This document shows positions 16,350-24,936 of a DNA stretch of 24,936 bases, piece by piece. This stretch comes from a virus. Lineage: Duplodnaviria > Caudoviricetes. Numbering within the stretch: the first letter of the stretch is position 1; every line of letters begins with the position of its first letter. The stretch is from positions 1-24,936 of IMG/VR virus record IMGVR_UViG_3300038379_000084; one strand, 5' to 3'. The notes under the pieces were generated by a model, which worked only from the letters and a program-made list of their open reading frames with translations, ran no database searches and was not told the DNA's origin. The position numbers and the translations under genes were made by a program.

Positions 16350-17828
16350 CTACGCCGTGCCGATCCGCAGGAGCCGGTGCGCCTGAGCGCCGTTCACGTA
16401 GCCGTCGGCCGTGGCGTTCCAGTCGAACGTGTAGAGCGTGGTGCCGTTGTCGGCGTCCACTTGCTCGATCTGGTTGCCCGAGCGCGTGCTCGTACCGCCC
16501 GTCGCCGTGCCCATCAGCGTGGCCTGCGTCATCACGTCACCCTCGTTCGCGGCGTGCCACAGCCGGAGGTACTTGTTCGCGCTGCCAGGGTCACCGTAAG
16601 CACGGTAGCTGACCCGGATGCCGCCCGGGATCGGCGTGAGGCCGACCACCCGCGCGTCGAGGTCCACCAGCGCGCCCGTCGAATCGGCGCTCACGCGGTC
16701 ACCACCACCGTACGTGACGGCGCTGGGCACCAGGTTCGCGCTCACCGAGATACTGCCACCGGCAATCTCGGTAGCAGAGTCGGTGTACTCGAAGTAGGTG
16801 AAGATGCCGGTGGCGGAGGAGGCGTGCCACAGATGGCGCGCCGGCGAGGTCGGGGCCACGTTGTTGGCGTTGTCGATCCACGGAACCCAGCCATGCGACT
16901 GGTTCGCCGCGACCGCCGCCGGCCGAAGGCTCACCGGCACCACCGTCGTGGTCACGTCCGTGAAGTTGAAGCTCGTGCCAGAGGCCGGCGTGCAATCGCA
17001 CGCCTGCGTTCCGTGGTCCGTGCCATCGCTGTCGATGTAGATGGCGACCATCTTCGTGATGCCGACCGGGAACAGCGCGTGGCGCGCGTTCGCCTTCGTG
17101 GTCGCGCTGGCGCTCGTGCTCGCGCCGGCGAGGGTCCCGCGGCTGACCCACGCGCCGGCGAACAGTTCCCACAGCGTCATGGCGCCAGTGCCGGTCGGGT
17201 AGGCGAGCATGAAGAAGCGGTTGCGGAACGTGCAGAACGAGACGCCACCGAGCGTGCCGATGTTGATGCTGGCGGACACGTCGTACGTCGTCACCACGCC
17301 CGTGGTCACGTCCGTGCCGGTGATGTAGCCGCCCGGGTGCGCGCAGTAGATGACGTTCCGGTGCATGAAGCTCGCGCGCGTGGCGCCCGTGCCCGTCCAG
17401 GTGACCGGCGTGGTGCTCCACGTCACGCCGTCGGCGCTCGTGTAGAGGTTCCCGGTGCCGGCGGCGGAGTGCAGCGCGACGAACGCCAGCGTCTCGACGC
17501 CGCCGACGAGCGCCACGAACAGGCCCGAGTGGTCGGCCGAGGCGCCGGCGCCCGCGTTGCCGTTCGTGCCGGTGTGGACCAGCGTGAACGTGTCCGTCGC
17601 GGGGTCGTGGCGCTGGACGAGGAGCGACGTGCCCTCGCCACCGGCCACGTCGCCTTGGAGGACGATGAGCCTCCCGCGGTACTTGATGGCGTCGTCGTTC
17701 TTCCAGAACCCGGCCGTCTCGCTGTCGGTCAGATTCGGGCCGATCTGCGCGCCCGTGGTCCCACCGGAGATGCGGAACAGGGCGTTGTTCGTGCGGCGAT
17801 GCCAGATGAGGTCAGGGGGCGCGACCAT
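16350..17828 (-). CDS. beta-rich (propeller-like) virion accessory or receptor-binding protein
   Basis: 492 aa, Thr/Gly/Ala-rich; Asp-box-like YTSADGVTWS; Ig-like end YTFDWNA..DG; AAGGAG RBS; double TAG stop. Confidence 0.55.
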   Translation of the reverse strand: MVAPPDLIWHRRTNNALFRISGGTTGAQIGPNLTDSETAGFWKNDDAIKYRGRLIVLQGDVAGGEGTSLLVQRHDPATDTFTLVHTGTNGNAGAGASADHSGLFVALVGGVETLAFVALHSAAGTGNLYTSADGVTWSTTPVTWTGTGATRASFMHRNVIYCAHPGGYITGTDVTTGVVTTYDVSASINIGTLGGVSFCTFRNRFFMLAYPTGTGAMTLWELFAGAWVSRGTLAGASTSASATTKANARHALFPVGITKMVAIYIDSDGTDHGTQACDCTPASGTSFNFTDVTTTVVPVSLRPAAVAANQSHGWVPWIDNANNVAPTSPARHLWHASSATGIFTYFEYTDSATEIAGGSISVSANLVPSAVTYGGGDRVSADSTGALVDLDARVVGLTPIPGGIRVSYRAYGDPGSANKYLRLWHAANEGDVMTQATLMGTATGGTSTRSGNQIEQVDADNGTTLYTFDWNATADGYVNGAQAHRLLRIGTA

Positions 17829-17849
17829 GATGTAGCTCCTTCGCGGAAG

Positions 17850-17858
17850 ATCCTAGCA
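17850..17858 (-). promoter_or_regulatory. extended -10 element TGcTAGGAT upstream of the 492-aa gene
   Basis: In the 51-bp intergenic gap, the largest in the structural run; no good -35; direct repeat CGAACTG(A/C)GC just upstream. Confidence 0.4.
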
Positions 17859-17879
17859 AACAGCGCAGTTCGGCTCTGC

Positions 17880-18914
17880 TCAGTTCGCCTCGGTGTTCGT
17901 GGTGGCAACGGAAGCCAGCGGCACCGCCGGCGGGATGGGTCCGATGGTGAACGGCGTGTCGGGTGGCCCGGTGCTCCCGCCGCCCGGCGTGACGCCGCTG
18001 TGCGTGTGCCCGTTGTAGACGAGCGTGAGGAACCGCGAGTCCACCAACTTGTACTTGAGGCCCGCCGCGCCGAGAGACACGAGGCCAGCGGTGACCAGGA
18101 TCGCGAGGCCGGTGCCGCCCGAGAGGGTGAGCAGGCCGGCCGTCGAGAGCGTCAGCGCGAGCGCCACCGTGTAGGTCAGCGTCCCGAGGAAGGTGTAGAG
18201 CGCGTTGCCGACGAAGGTGCTTGCGAGCGTGCCGCCGCCCGTCTGGACCGTCGGGGCCGTGCCGGTGGACGCGATGGTCACGCCCTGACCCTGCACCGTG
18301 ACCGCCGCCGCGCCCTGCACGAGCACCGTGCCGAGGCTCTGTACGTTGATCGCCGGCAGCGGAAGGTCCATCGCTTCGATCTTCTGCCCTCCGACGGTCT
18401 GGAGGATGATCTTCGGGCCACCGAGCGCGGGGGCGTCGATGATCTTGACGAAGGACCCGAGCGCGCTCTGGACGCGGATCTGCTCCTGGCCCTCGACCCA
18501 GCGCATCTCGATGATGTGGCCGTTCGTCGTGCGCAGCACGCGCGCCTTCGGCGTCGGCGTGTAGGAGGAGGTGAACTCGCTCGGGGCGTCGCCGTCGCCC
18601 ACGTACTGCCCGCACCAGATGGGAAAGTTCGGGTTCCCGCCCCAGAACGTGACCCACACCCCGTCCCCCGGCTCGAAGTCGGCGTGGTAGTCGTGGACCG
18701 CGAAGGACGGCAGCGCCCAGGGCAGGTCGGCGTCGGGGATGAAGTCCGTCTCCCCGGTCGGGTCGCCGTAGACCTGCGGCACGCGCACCTTCACGCGCCC
18801 GAGCTTGAGCGGGTCCGCCGTGCTGACGACGACGCCAGGCCAGCGCCCGTGCCACTCCGACGGCGGGAGGGCCTCGTCCTGGAGCGGGGTGGCGTCGGTG
18901 GTCGGGGCGCTCAT
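17880..18914 (-). CDS. central baseplate spike (gp5/VgrG OB-fold with gpV-type HxH tip)
   Basis: G.VV...DPLKLGRVKVRVP, LPWA.P, GD.VWV.F.GG.P..PIW.G; beta-helix region; C-terminal YNGHTHSGVTPGGGSTGPP. Confidence 0.9.
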   Translation of the reverse strand: MSAPTTDATPLQDEALPPSEWHGRWPGVVVSTADPLKLGRVKVRVPQVYGDPTGETDFIPDADLPWALPSFAVHDYHADFEPGDGVWVTFWGGNPNFPIWCGQYVGDGDAPSEFTSSYTPTPKARVLRTTNGHIIEMRWVEGQEQIRVQSALGSFVKIIDAPALGGPKIILQTVGGQKIEAMDLPLPAINVQSLGTVLVQGAAAVTVQGQGVTIASTGTAPTVQTGGGTLASTFVGNALYTFLGTLTYTVALALTLSTAGLLTLSGGTGLAILVTAGLVSLGAAGLKYKLVDSRFLTLVYNGHTHSGVTPGGGSTGPPDTPFTIGPIPPAVPLASVATTNTEAN

Positions 18915-20116
18915 GCAAGCTCCTGCGCCACGACGATGGTGGTCGGGTTGATGCCTGCGGCCTGGAACTGGTCGCGCGTCCCGGCCACGTCAGCGTTCGA
19001 GCCCGTCGGCTGGGCGTCGCCCTCCTGCGCCTCGCGGCGGTAGACCACGAGGTTCGTGGAGATGGACCCGCGTTCCAGGACGTGCTGCACCTCGACCACC
19101 ACGTAGCGGCCCATGAACGGCGTCTCGCGGCGCTCGTCCATGTTCGACTCCATCGAGATGATCGTTCCGGCACGCACGGTGAGGTCCGGGCGGGTGCGGA
19201 TGCGCAGCGCCAGGTACCTGGGGGCTACCCGGCCCCACCTCGTGCGCACCACCTCCTCGACGCGAGCCCGGTCACGTTCGATGACGGGGAACACGCGCAG
19301 CCCGTCCGCCATCTGCCGCGGGACGCGACGCGCGAGCGAGGGGTGCGTCTGCGCCGTCCCGGCGTCCATCGTGAAGGTCACGGCCTTCTTCGTGCGGTAG
19401 TCGAAGCCGACGCCGCGCAGCGTGGCCGCGCCCATGCGGTCCGCCTCGCGCCCGTGGTAGGTCGCCGCGTAGCCGTCCACGCGGTTCTCCACCGTGTTCA
19501 TGTCGTAGCGCCGCTCGGACACCGACGTGAGCGACGGCGCACGGAAGCGCATGGTCGTCTCATCGACCCACAGGTAGGTGTCGCCCCGCCCCGAGTCGTT
19601 CGCCGCCATGCGCGCCACGCGGCGCGCGAAGCTCCAGTCGTCCTCGCGGACCTGGTACCAGTCGCGCGTCCCGCGCGTGCCTTCGATGTCCGGCGTGAGC
19701 GCGTGGTCCGCCGCGATCCTGGTCAGCACCTCGCCCGCGGTACGCGCCTTGAACACGCGCGTGCGGGCGGTCTGCGCCATGAGCAGCGCGCGGTCGGAGC
19801 CCTTGACGGAGCCGACCATGCTGATGTCCTGCGAGAAGGCGGCGCGGCTCTTGTCCACGTAGGCCGTGCGCCACTCCGTGGACTGAGGCCCCTGCTCCTC
19901 CTCGGAGCGGAGCCGGAACTGGACGGTGCGCTGCTCACGCCCCATCATCAGGTCGTCCCACTCCTTCCACTGGATCGCCTTGAAGTCCAGCGACCAGTAG
20001 AAGCCGCCGAGGATCAGGCTCTCGGTCCACACGAAGCGCGGCACGAACGGCGTGATGTCCAACGCCGTCGCGTTGGGCTTCCGCATCTCCAGGCTCGCGC
20101 TCGCGCTCGTGCTCAC
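18911..20116 (-). CDS. baseplate hub protein (P2 gpD / T4 gp27 / Mu gp44-like)
   Basis: YQVREDDWSFARR.A, PDL..RAG, GRYVVVEVQH motifs; immediately before the spike gene. Confidence 0.8.
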   Translation of the reverse strand: MSTSASASLEMRKPNATALDITPFVPRFVWTESLILGGFYWSLDFKAIQWKEWDDLMMGREQRTVQFRLRSEEEQGPQSTEWRTAYVDKSRAAFSQDISMVGSVKGSDRALLMAQTARTRVFKARTAGEVLTRIAADHALTPDIEGTRGTRDWYQVREDDWSFARRVARMAANDSGRGDTYLWVDETTMRFRAPSLTSVSERRYDMNTVENRVDGYAATYHGREADRMGAATLRGVGFDYRTKKAVTFTMDAGTAQTHPSLARRVPRQMADGLRVFPVIERDRARVEEVVRTRWGRVAPRYLALRIRTRPDLTVRAGTIISMESNMDERRETPFMGRYVVVEVQHVLERGSISTNLVVYRREAQEGDAQPTGSNADVAGTRDQFQAAGINPTTIVVAQELA

Positions 20117-20463
20117 GTCGTCGCCCGCCCGCTCGCCTGCTGGTAGGCCGCGCGCACGCGCTCCACCTTCGGGATGATGATTTCGTCGCCTACCCGCACC
20201 TCCTCCAGCGCGTAGTCGATCTTGTTGACCTGCGCGATGGCGCGCCAGAAGCGCCGGTCACCGAGCGTGACCTGCGCGATGATGTCGAGGTGCCCCTCCA
20301 GCCCGAGCGGCACGCGGATGCGCTCCTCGTCGCCGTCGAGCTTGATCTGCGGTGGGCGCCACAGCCCGAAGAAGGCCCGCCCGTCCTGGATGAACAGCGC
20401 GGTGCGCTTGTAGGGGTTCGTGAAGTCGAGTTGAAGCTCGAAGGGTCGCTTCTCGTCGGCCAT
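20113..20463 (-). CDS. LysM-like baseplate protein (P2 gpX / T4 gp53-like)
   Basis: LDIIA...LGDRRFWRAIAQVN.I......VGDEIIIP. Confidence 0.8.
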   Translation of the reverse strand: MADEKRPFELQLDFTNPYKRTALFIQDGRAFFGLWRPPQIKLDGDEERIRVPLGLEGHLDIIAQVTLGDRRFWRAIAQVNKIDYALEEVRVGDEIIIPKVERVRAAYQQASGRATT

Positions 20464-21302
20464 CAGAGCACGCTGAACTGCGCTGCTGCGTCACCCGTCG
20501 CGCCCACGCGGCCGGCAGCGATGGCGGCAGCGTTCTGGCTCTGCGCGTTGCTGGCCGCGATGCGCGCGGCCGTGTTCTGGAGCACCACGCTCCCAGGCAC
20601 GCGCGGCATGAACGGCGACTGCGGAAGGCCCCCGGCCTGGTTGCGCACGGTCTGCCAGGTGGGGTAGTCGAGGTCGAGTCGCTGGAACGAGAGCGACACC
20701 GTGGCCCCGTAGGGCTGGACGGTCGCCGGGTGGAACGGGTGCTCCCACTTGATGGAGTAGCCCGTGGCGTAGCAGCGCAGCGTCAGCCACGACCCGAACT
20801 GCACGAGCACGTAGGGCGGGTCGTGCCGAGGAAGCTGCCCACGGTTCACGGCCTCCAGGTCTTGCTCCGAGAAGCCGGCGGTGCGCGCGTTGGCGATGAT
20901 GCGCTCGCGGAAGGTGCGCGCGTCCCGCTCCAGCGGGAAGCAGAGCGCCTGGCACCAGCGCACCTTCCGCTCCATGTCCGTGAGGATGCCTTCGAGGTCC
21001 GCCACGCTCAGTTCTTGCAGGCTCGCGATGGGGCGGCCGAGCGCGTTCCCGGCCCGGAACTTCAACTCCAGGGTGAACGCGCTCCAGTTGCCGCCACGGT
21101 AGGCCGCGAAGCCAGGCTGCGGCATCCGGTCCGCCGCAATCTCGCGGTAGCCGGTGACGGCGTAGGACTCCTCGATGCCGTCGGGCGGGAAGCTCTCGAA
21201 CACGAGCTTCGAGTCCTCTCCAACCGGGTTGTCCTCCAGGACGAGCGCGCACATCGCGACGTTGGAGAAGCCGAGTCCAGGAACGAGGTTCGAGGTGGTC
21301 AC
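20463..21302 (-). CDS. tail tube initiator / CIS tube-like protein
   Basis: FPP..I.ESY, FTLEL.F, PP.VLVQFG, ATVSLSF; canonical position after the tape measure gene. Confidence 0.7.
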   Translation of the reverse strand: MTTSNLVPGLGFSNVAMCALVLEDNPVGEDSKLVFESFPPDGIEESYAVTGYREIAADRMPQPGFAAYRGGNWSAFTLELKFRAGNALGRPIASLQELSVADLEGILTDMERKVRWCQALCFPLERDARTFRERIIANARTAGFSEQDLEAVNRGQLPRHDPPYVLVQFGSWLTLRCYATGYSIKWEHPFHPATVQPYGATVSLSFQRLDLDYPTWQTVRNQAGGLPQSPFMPRVPGSVVLQNTAARIAASNAQSQNAAAIAAGRVGATGDAAAQFSVL

Positions 21303-23290
21303 CAGCTACCTCCCCCCGCCATGCCCGGGGCGAGCATGATGTCACCCGCGCCGCGCTCGTCGCGCGCCTCGGGGTTCATGGTCAGGACGCGCAGCGTGCC
21401 CTGCGAGAGCGTGCGGTCGATCCCCTGCGCAAGCTCCACGAGGCGGTCGAGCGCCGGGAACTTGATGTCGGGGATGATCGGCGCGAGCGTGCGCTCCAGC
21501 ACCTCGCGCTTGAGCGGGATGACCGCCTCGGGCCCGGCTTCGCCCAGGTTCGCCGTGATGCCCTTGCCGCGCTGGCCCTCCACGATGCCGCCCTCGGCCA
21601 GCTTCGGGATGACGTAGCCCGGCGCGAGCCCGAGCGCCTCCGCGAGCGAGCCTCCGACGACCGGCACCTCCCACTTGAGCGCGTCGTTCGCGAACGAGAT
21701 GAGGTAGTCGTTGAGCACGCCCTTCATGGTGTCGAGCGGCGTGGTCACGATCTGCGCCAGCGCGCCGAACACGCCCTGCACGCGAGCGCCGACGTTGCCG
21801 AGCCCGAGCGTGTCGAGCAGGCTGCGCGCGGACGCGCCGACGGAGCGAAGCATGTCGGCCGCCTTGTCGGGCAGGGTCGCGAGGAAGTTGATGATCGTGT
21901 CCCACAAGCCGGTGAGCCACCCCGTGATGGGGTCGATGAACAGAATCTTGAAGTCGTTCGCGTACTTGCCGATGTTCCCCCAGAACTCCGCGACCTGCGC
22001 GGCGGTGTCCTCGATCAAGATGCCCACAGCCGGCATCCAGTCCGCGATGAACGGGATGACGTGCTCGTCCAGGATCTTCGCGATGGCGAGGAGGGCCGGG
22101 ATGAAAACGTGCTCCAGGAGCGCCACGGCGAGCTTCGTCAGCGGCGGGATGAGCGGGAGGAAGGCGTCGAGGAGCTTCACGCCCAGGTCCACGATGACCG
22201 GCAGGAGCTTCATGGCCCCGTCGAGGAGCGTCCCGCCGATCTGCTTGCCGGCGTCGAGGAGGACACTCAGCACGCGCATGAGCACGGGCTGCGCCTTCTT
22301 GATGACGCCGAACATCGTCGCCATGATCCCCTCGGGCTTCCCCTTGAGAAGCTCCGCGACCAGGACGCCGACGTGTAGCGCCGCCAACTCCAGGAAGGAC
22401 GCGAGCGGCTTGACCAGCGGCATGATGGCGTGCGCGAGGTTCTGCGCGATCAACTCCAGCGTCATCGAGAACGGCCCGAGCGCCGTCTTGAGGATCGCGG
22501 AGAACGTCTCGAACGCCGGGGTGAACTGCTCCACGAGCAGGTCGATGATCGGCTGGAACAGGTCGAGGAGCTTGCCGAACGGCCCGAGCAGGATGCCGAC
22601 GACGCCGCCGGCGCCCTTGAAGAACTTGGCGATCTTCTCGATGCTGATGAGCTTCTGGAAGAAGGTGCCGATGTTCTGCGCGCCGGAGCGCAGCCCGGCG
22701 CCCACCGCCTTCCACGCGCCGGCGAACGAGGCGGCCCCCGCACCGCCGATGGCCTTGGTCGCTCCGCCGACCGACTTCGCCAGGGACACGAAGCCGAGGC
22801 CGAGCTTCTTCGTGCCCTCGGCCCCCTTCCCGAACAACTCCCCGAAGGTGAACTCGCGCTTCGAGAGGAAGGCCCAGAACGACTGCGCCTTCTCGATGCC
22901 GCTCACGACCGCGCCCACGTAGGCGTCCGCGAACTTGACGATGCCAGCCTCGGCGCCGCGGAGGCCCTTGGTCATCACGTTGCCGAGGGCGCCGATCCCG
23001 CCCTTCGCCGCCGCCTCGAACCCGCGCACGAGCGCGTCCTGCAACTCGACGCGCGCCGAGTTCCCGACGCTCCCGAGCGAGCGCGTGACGAGCGTGGTGA
23101 GCGCAGCGACCCCCTTCGCAGCCGGGCCGTTGCGCTCACCCCACGCTGCGATGGCGTTCGAGACGTTGCCAGTCGCGTAGGCGATGCTGGCAATCTGCTT
23201 GTCCATCACGCCCACGATCTTGTCCACCTGCGCGGTGGCCTTGTCTTGGACCTTGAGGACCCAGCCAATCGTCTCGAACCCGTCGGCCAC
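21299..23290 (-). CDS. tail tape measure protein
   Basis: 663 aa, Ala/Gly/Leu-rich amphipathic helices; N-terminal LKVQDKAT; C-terminal LAEGGIV...GEAGPEAVIPL motif; follows the chaperone pair. Confidence 0.85.
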   Translation of the reverse strand: MADGFETIGWVLKVQDKATAQVDKIVGVMDKQIASIAYATGNVSNAIAAWGERNGPAAKGVAALTTLVTRSLGSVGNSARVELQDALVRGFEAAAKGGIGALGNVMTKGLRGAEAGIVKFADAYVGAVVSGIEKAQSFWAFLSKREFTFGELFGKGAEGTKKLGLGFVSLAKSVGGATKAIGGAGAASFAGAWKAVGAGLRSGAQNIGTFFQKLISIEKIAKFFKGAGGVVGILLGPFGKLLDLFQPIIDLLVEQFTPAFETFSAILKTALGPFSMTLELIAQNLAHAIMPLVKPLASFLELAALHVGVLVAELLKGKPEGIMATMFGVIKKAQPVLMRVLSVLLDAGKQIGGTLLDGAMKLLPVIVDLGVKLLDAFLPLIPPLTKLAVALLEHVFIPALLAIAKILDEHVIPFIADWMPAVGILIEDTAAQVAEFWGNIGKYANDFKILFIDPITGWLTGLWDTIINFLATLPDKAADMLRSVGASARSLLDTLGLGNVGARVQGVFGALAQIVTTPLDTMKGVLNDYLISFANDALKWEVPVVGGSLAEALGLAPGYVIPKLAEGGIVEGQRGKGITANLGEAGPEAVIPLKREVLERTLAPIIPDIKFPALDRLVELAQGIDRTLSQGTLRVLTMNPEARDERGAGDIMLAPGMAGGGSW

Positions 23291-23291
23291 G

Positions 23292-23531
23292 CTAGAACCC
23301 CATCACCTTCGAGGCGAGCATCCCGAGCAACCCGCTCAGGCTGTCCGTCTCCTCCAGCTTCTTCTTGAGCGCCGCCTGCTCCACCATCCTGCGAGCGAGG
23401 TAGTCCCTCCGCTGGAACAGCGCCATGAGGCGCCAGTCCGAGTAGGACACCCCCGCACGCATCATCGCGTACCTCTCCTCCTGGACCTGCTCAACGGACC
23501 TGAGCGCCGAGGCGACGACGAAACATCGCAC
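23292..23531 (-). CDS. small tail assembly chaperone (T4 gp51-like / gpT-like); start uncertain, possibly reached by frameshift
   Basis: GVSYSDW..M....RRDYL pattern; overlaps the upstream gene in the +1 frame; alternative ATG at 23466 behind GGAGGAG. Confidence 0.65.
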   Translation of the reverse strand: MRCFVVASALRSVEQVQEERYAMMRAGVSYSDWRLMALFQRRDYLARRMVEQAALKKKLEETDSLSGLLGMLASKVMGF

Positions 23532-24555
23532 CGTTCAGCGGAAGCTGCTGCCGGAACGAGTGCCCGTTGGGGCACCGGAACGAGGGCGAAAGCTCATAGC
23601 CGAACGACCTCCTTTCCGCCGCCAGGCGCAGTTCCGCGAGGAGCGGCATCGGCGCCTGCTTGACCCACTTCATGGCCTCCAGCACGCCCACGCGCTTGCC
23701 ATCGATGGTCGCGATGGTGCGCGCGTGGATGAAGCTGTGCAGCTTCGAGCCCGGCGTCGTCGCCTGCGTGTTCTGCGACCGCTCCGCGAACTCCTCCGCC
23801 TGGATCAAGTCCTCCAGCCGGAGGTAGCGGATGCCGACCGTCTGCCCGTTCGCGAGCGGCACGTCGATGGGCTCCACGAGCGGGCCCGAGACGTAGACCT
23901 GCTCCGCGCTCTGCTCGCCGGCGCCGTCGATCCCCATGTCGCGGAGGATGCGAAGATCCTCGTCCTCGTCCTGGCCCGTCTCCGGCGGCCAGTTGGTGGC
24001 CTCGCCCTGCTGCGCGCGCCTGAGCACGCGGCACGGCACCTTCGAGAGCGGGCGCGAGCCGTCGAACTGCGTGTTGCAGGTCGGGCAGACCGGGTAGAGC
24101 GGGATATTCTCCTCGCCCATCGAGAGCGCGAACACGTTGAGGAGGATCGCGCTCCAGTCCGAAAGCTCCAGCTTCTCGTAGGGGATGCCCTGGCAGTCCA
24201 CGCACTGGCTCACGACGTGGCGCAGCGCCGGCGTGGCGGAGAGGCCCTCGCCCGCGCCGGCGATGATTTCCTCCTGCTCGCCGCGCATGGGGGAGATGAC
24301 GACCGCGCCGTGGTGGTCGCCGTAGAGGAGCCCACCCGACGGAAGCATGAGCGGCCGGCCGAGCGGGTCGGGCGCCTTGGGCGGGATGACCTGAGCCGCC
24401 GGACGGGGGAAGGGGGCCCGGGCCGCGGGGGCCGGCTGGGGCATGACCACGGGCCCCGCGGGGGCCGCAGGGCCCACGACGCCGAGGCTGGTCGCGAGCT
24501 TCTTGAGGGGGTGGTTGGGCGGCAGCGCGCTGGGGTCCACGTTGGGGTTGCTCAC
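23491..24555 (-). CDS. tail/baseplate hub assembly chaperone (T4 gp26-like)
   Basis: LPSGG.LY, PMRG..EEI, D...ILL, CPTC, I.TIDG, FRCPNGH...LPL..MF; start GTG 24555 behind GAGGAG, overlapping the upstream TGA. Confidence 0.75.
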   Translation of the reverse strand: MSNPNVDPSALPPNHPLKKLATSLGVVGPAAPAGPVVMPQPAPAARAPFPRPAAQVIPPKAPDPLGRPLMLPSGGLLYGDHHGAVVISPMRGEQEEIIAGAGEGLSATPALRHVVSQCVDCQGIPYEKLELSDWSAILLNVFALSMGEENIPLYPVCPTCNTQFDGSRPLSKVPCRVLRRAQQGEATNWPPETGQDEDEDLRILRDMGIDGAGEQSAEQVYVSGPLVEPIDVPLANGQTVGIRYLRLEDLIQAEEFAERSQNTQATTPGSKLHSFIHARTIATIDGKRVGVLEAMKWVKQAPMPLLAELRLAAERRSFGYELSPSFRCPNGHSFRQQLPLNGAMFRRRLGAQVR

Positions 24556-24875
24556 GACTGCCTCCTCGCCGCACGCTCCGCGGCTCGCTCCCGGGTGTTG
24601 TCCTCCTCCGCGCGCTTGCGCTCCCACAGGATCGCCTCATCGAGCTTCGTGATGACGCACGCGCGCTCGCGCGAGGGCTCCACCTTCTGGAGCGCCCGCG
24701 CGTAGTCCGCGCACACCTTCATCACGTCGATGAGTTCGACGCCGTTGACCCCGCGTGTCTGCGTGGGTCCGTTCTGGAACTGCACCGAGAGGTGACCCTC
24801 GATGCTGGCACGATCCCAACAGCCGACCTCGTGGCCCCAGCCGCCGGGAGTCGTGACGTACTGCGCGAGAAGCAT
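24552..24875 (-). CDS. tad1: Tad1/Acb2-family anti-defence (signal nucleotide sponge) protein
   Basis: PGG..HE, VQFQNGP....GVNGV...D, SRERACVITKLDEAILW..KR match the remembered Tad1 pattern (GPGGA.H.Y, FQ.G, G....D, SRENA.A.T..EEA..W..RR). Start ATG 24875 behind GGGAG. Confidence 0.8.
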   Translation of the reverse strand: MLLAQYVTTPGGWGHEVGCWDRASIEGHLSVQFQNGPTQTRGVNGVELIDVMKVCADYARALQKVEPSRERACVITKLDEAILWERKRAEEDNTRERAAERAARRQS

Positions 24876-24936
24876 CTTGCTCTCCCGGCCCCTGTTGGGC
24901 CTCACGTCACGTCCGAGTTGTCGAGCGCGCTACGTC

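Noticed and set aside
15798-19043. Long plus-strand ORFs (1081 aa here; also 57-1343, 6730-8544, 9520-11658, 11531-13342)
   Set aside because: Arg/His/Gly-rich antisense shadows of GC3-biased minus-strand genes; no motifs.
7120-24555. Stand-alone eCIS, tailocin or T6SS locus
   Set aside because: Contiguous holin-like, replication and anti-defence genes indicate a phage; capsid, sheath and tube genes are probably just outside the window.
24902-24936. Possible 3' end of an upstream minus-strand gene (...RSALDNSDVT*)
   Set aside because: Only about 10 codons visible; frame and product cannot be supported.

Overview
A gene-dense, very GC-rich fragment of a tailed (contractile, myovirus-type) phage or prophage. 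Every credible gene is on the minus strand. Read in transcription order (right to left): a Tad1/Acb2-like anti-defence sponge gene; a tail chaperone pair with a candidate +1 frameshift; tape measure; tube initiator, LysM/X-like, hub and gp5/gpV spike; a beta-rich accessory protein with its own promoter-like site; a gp25-domain protein with 17 tandem ~16-aa repeats; large baseplate J- and I-like proteins; three fibre-associated genes, one with a collagen (GPP) segment; a Cys-rich protein; a prolyl-4-hydroxylase-like 2OG-Fe(II) oxygenase; a lipoprotein/membrane protein/holin trio with no visible endolysin; and a replication module (family-4 UDG, wHTH protein, DnaC-like loader, DnaB-like helicase, Zn finger, DnaG-like primase, truncated SSB-like gene). 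Two closely related sigma70-type promoters (TTGACG-N17-TAGnnT) serve the replication module, and one overlaps a hairpin that hides the UDG ribosome-binding site. All calls come from motif recognition by eye; no database search was run.
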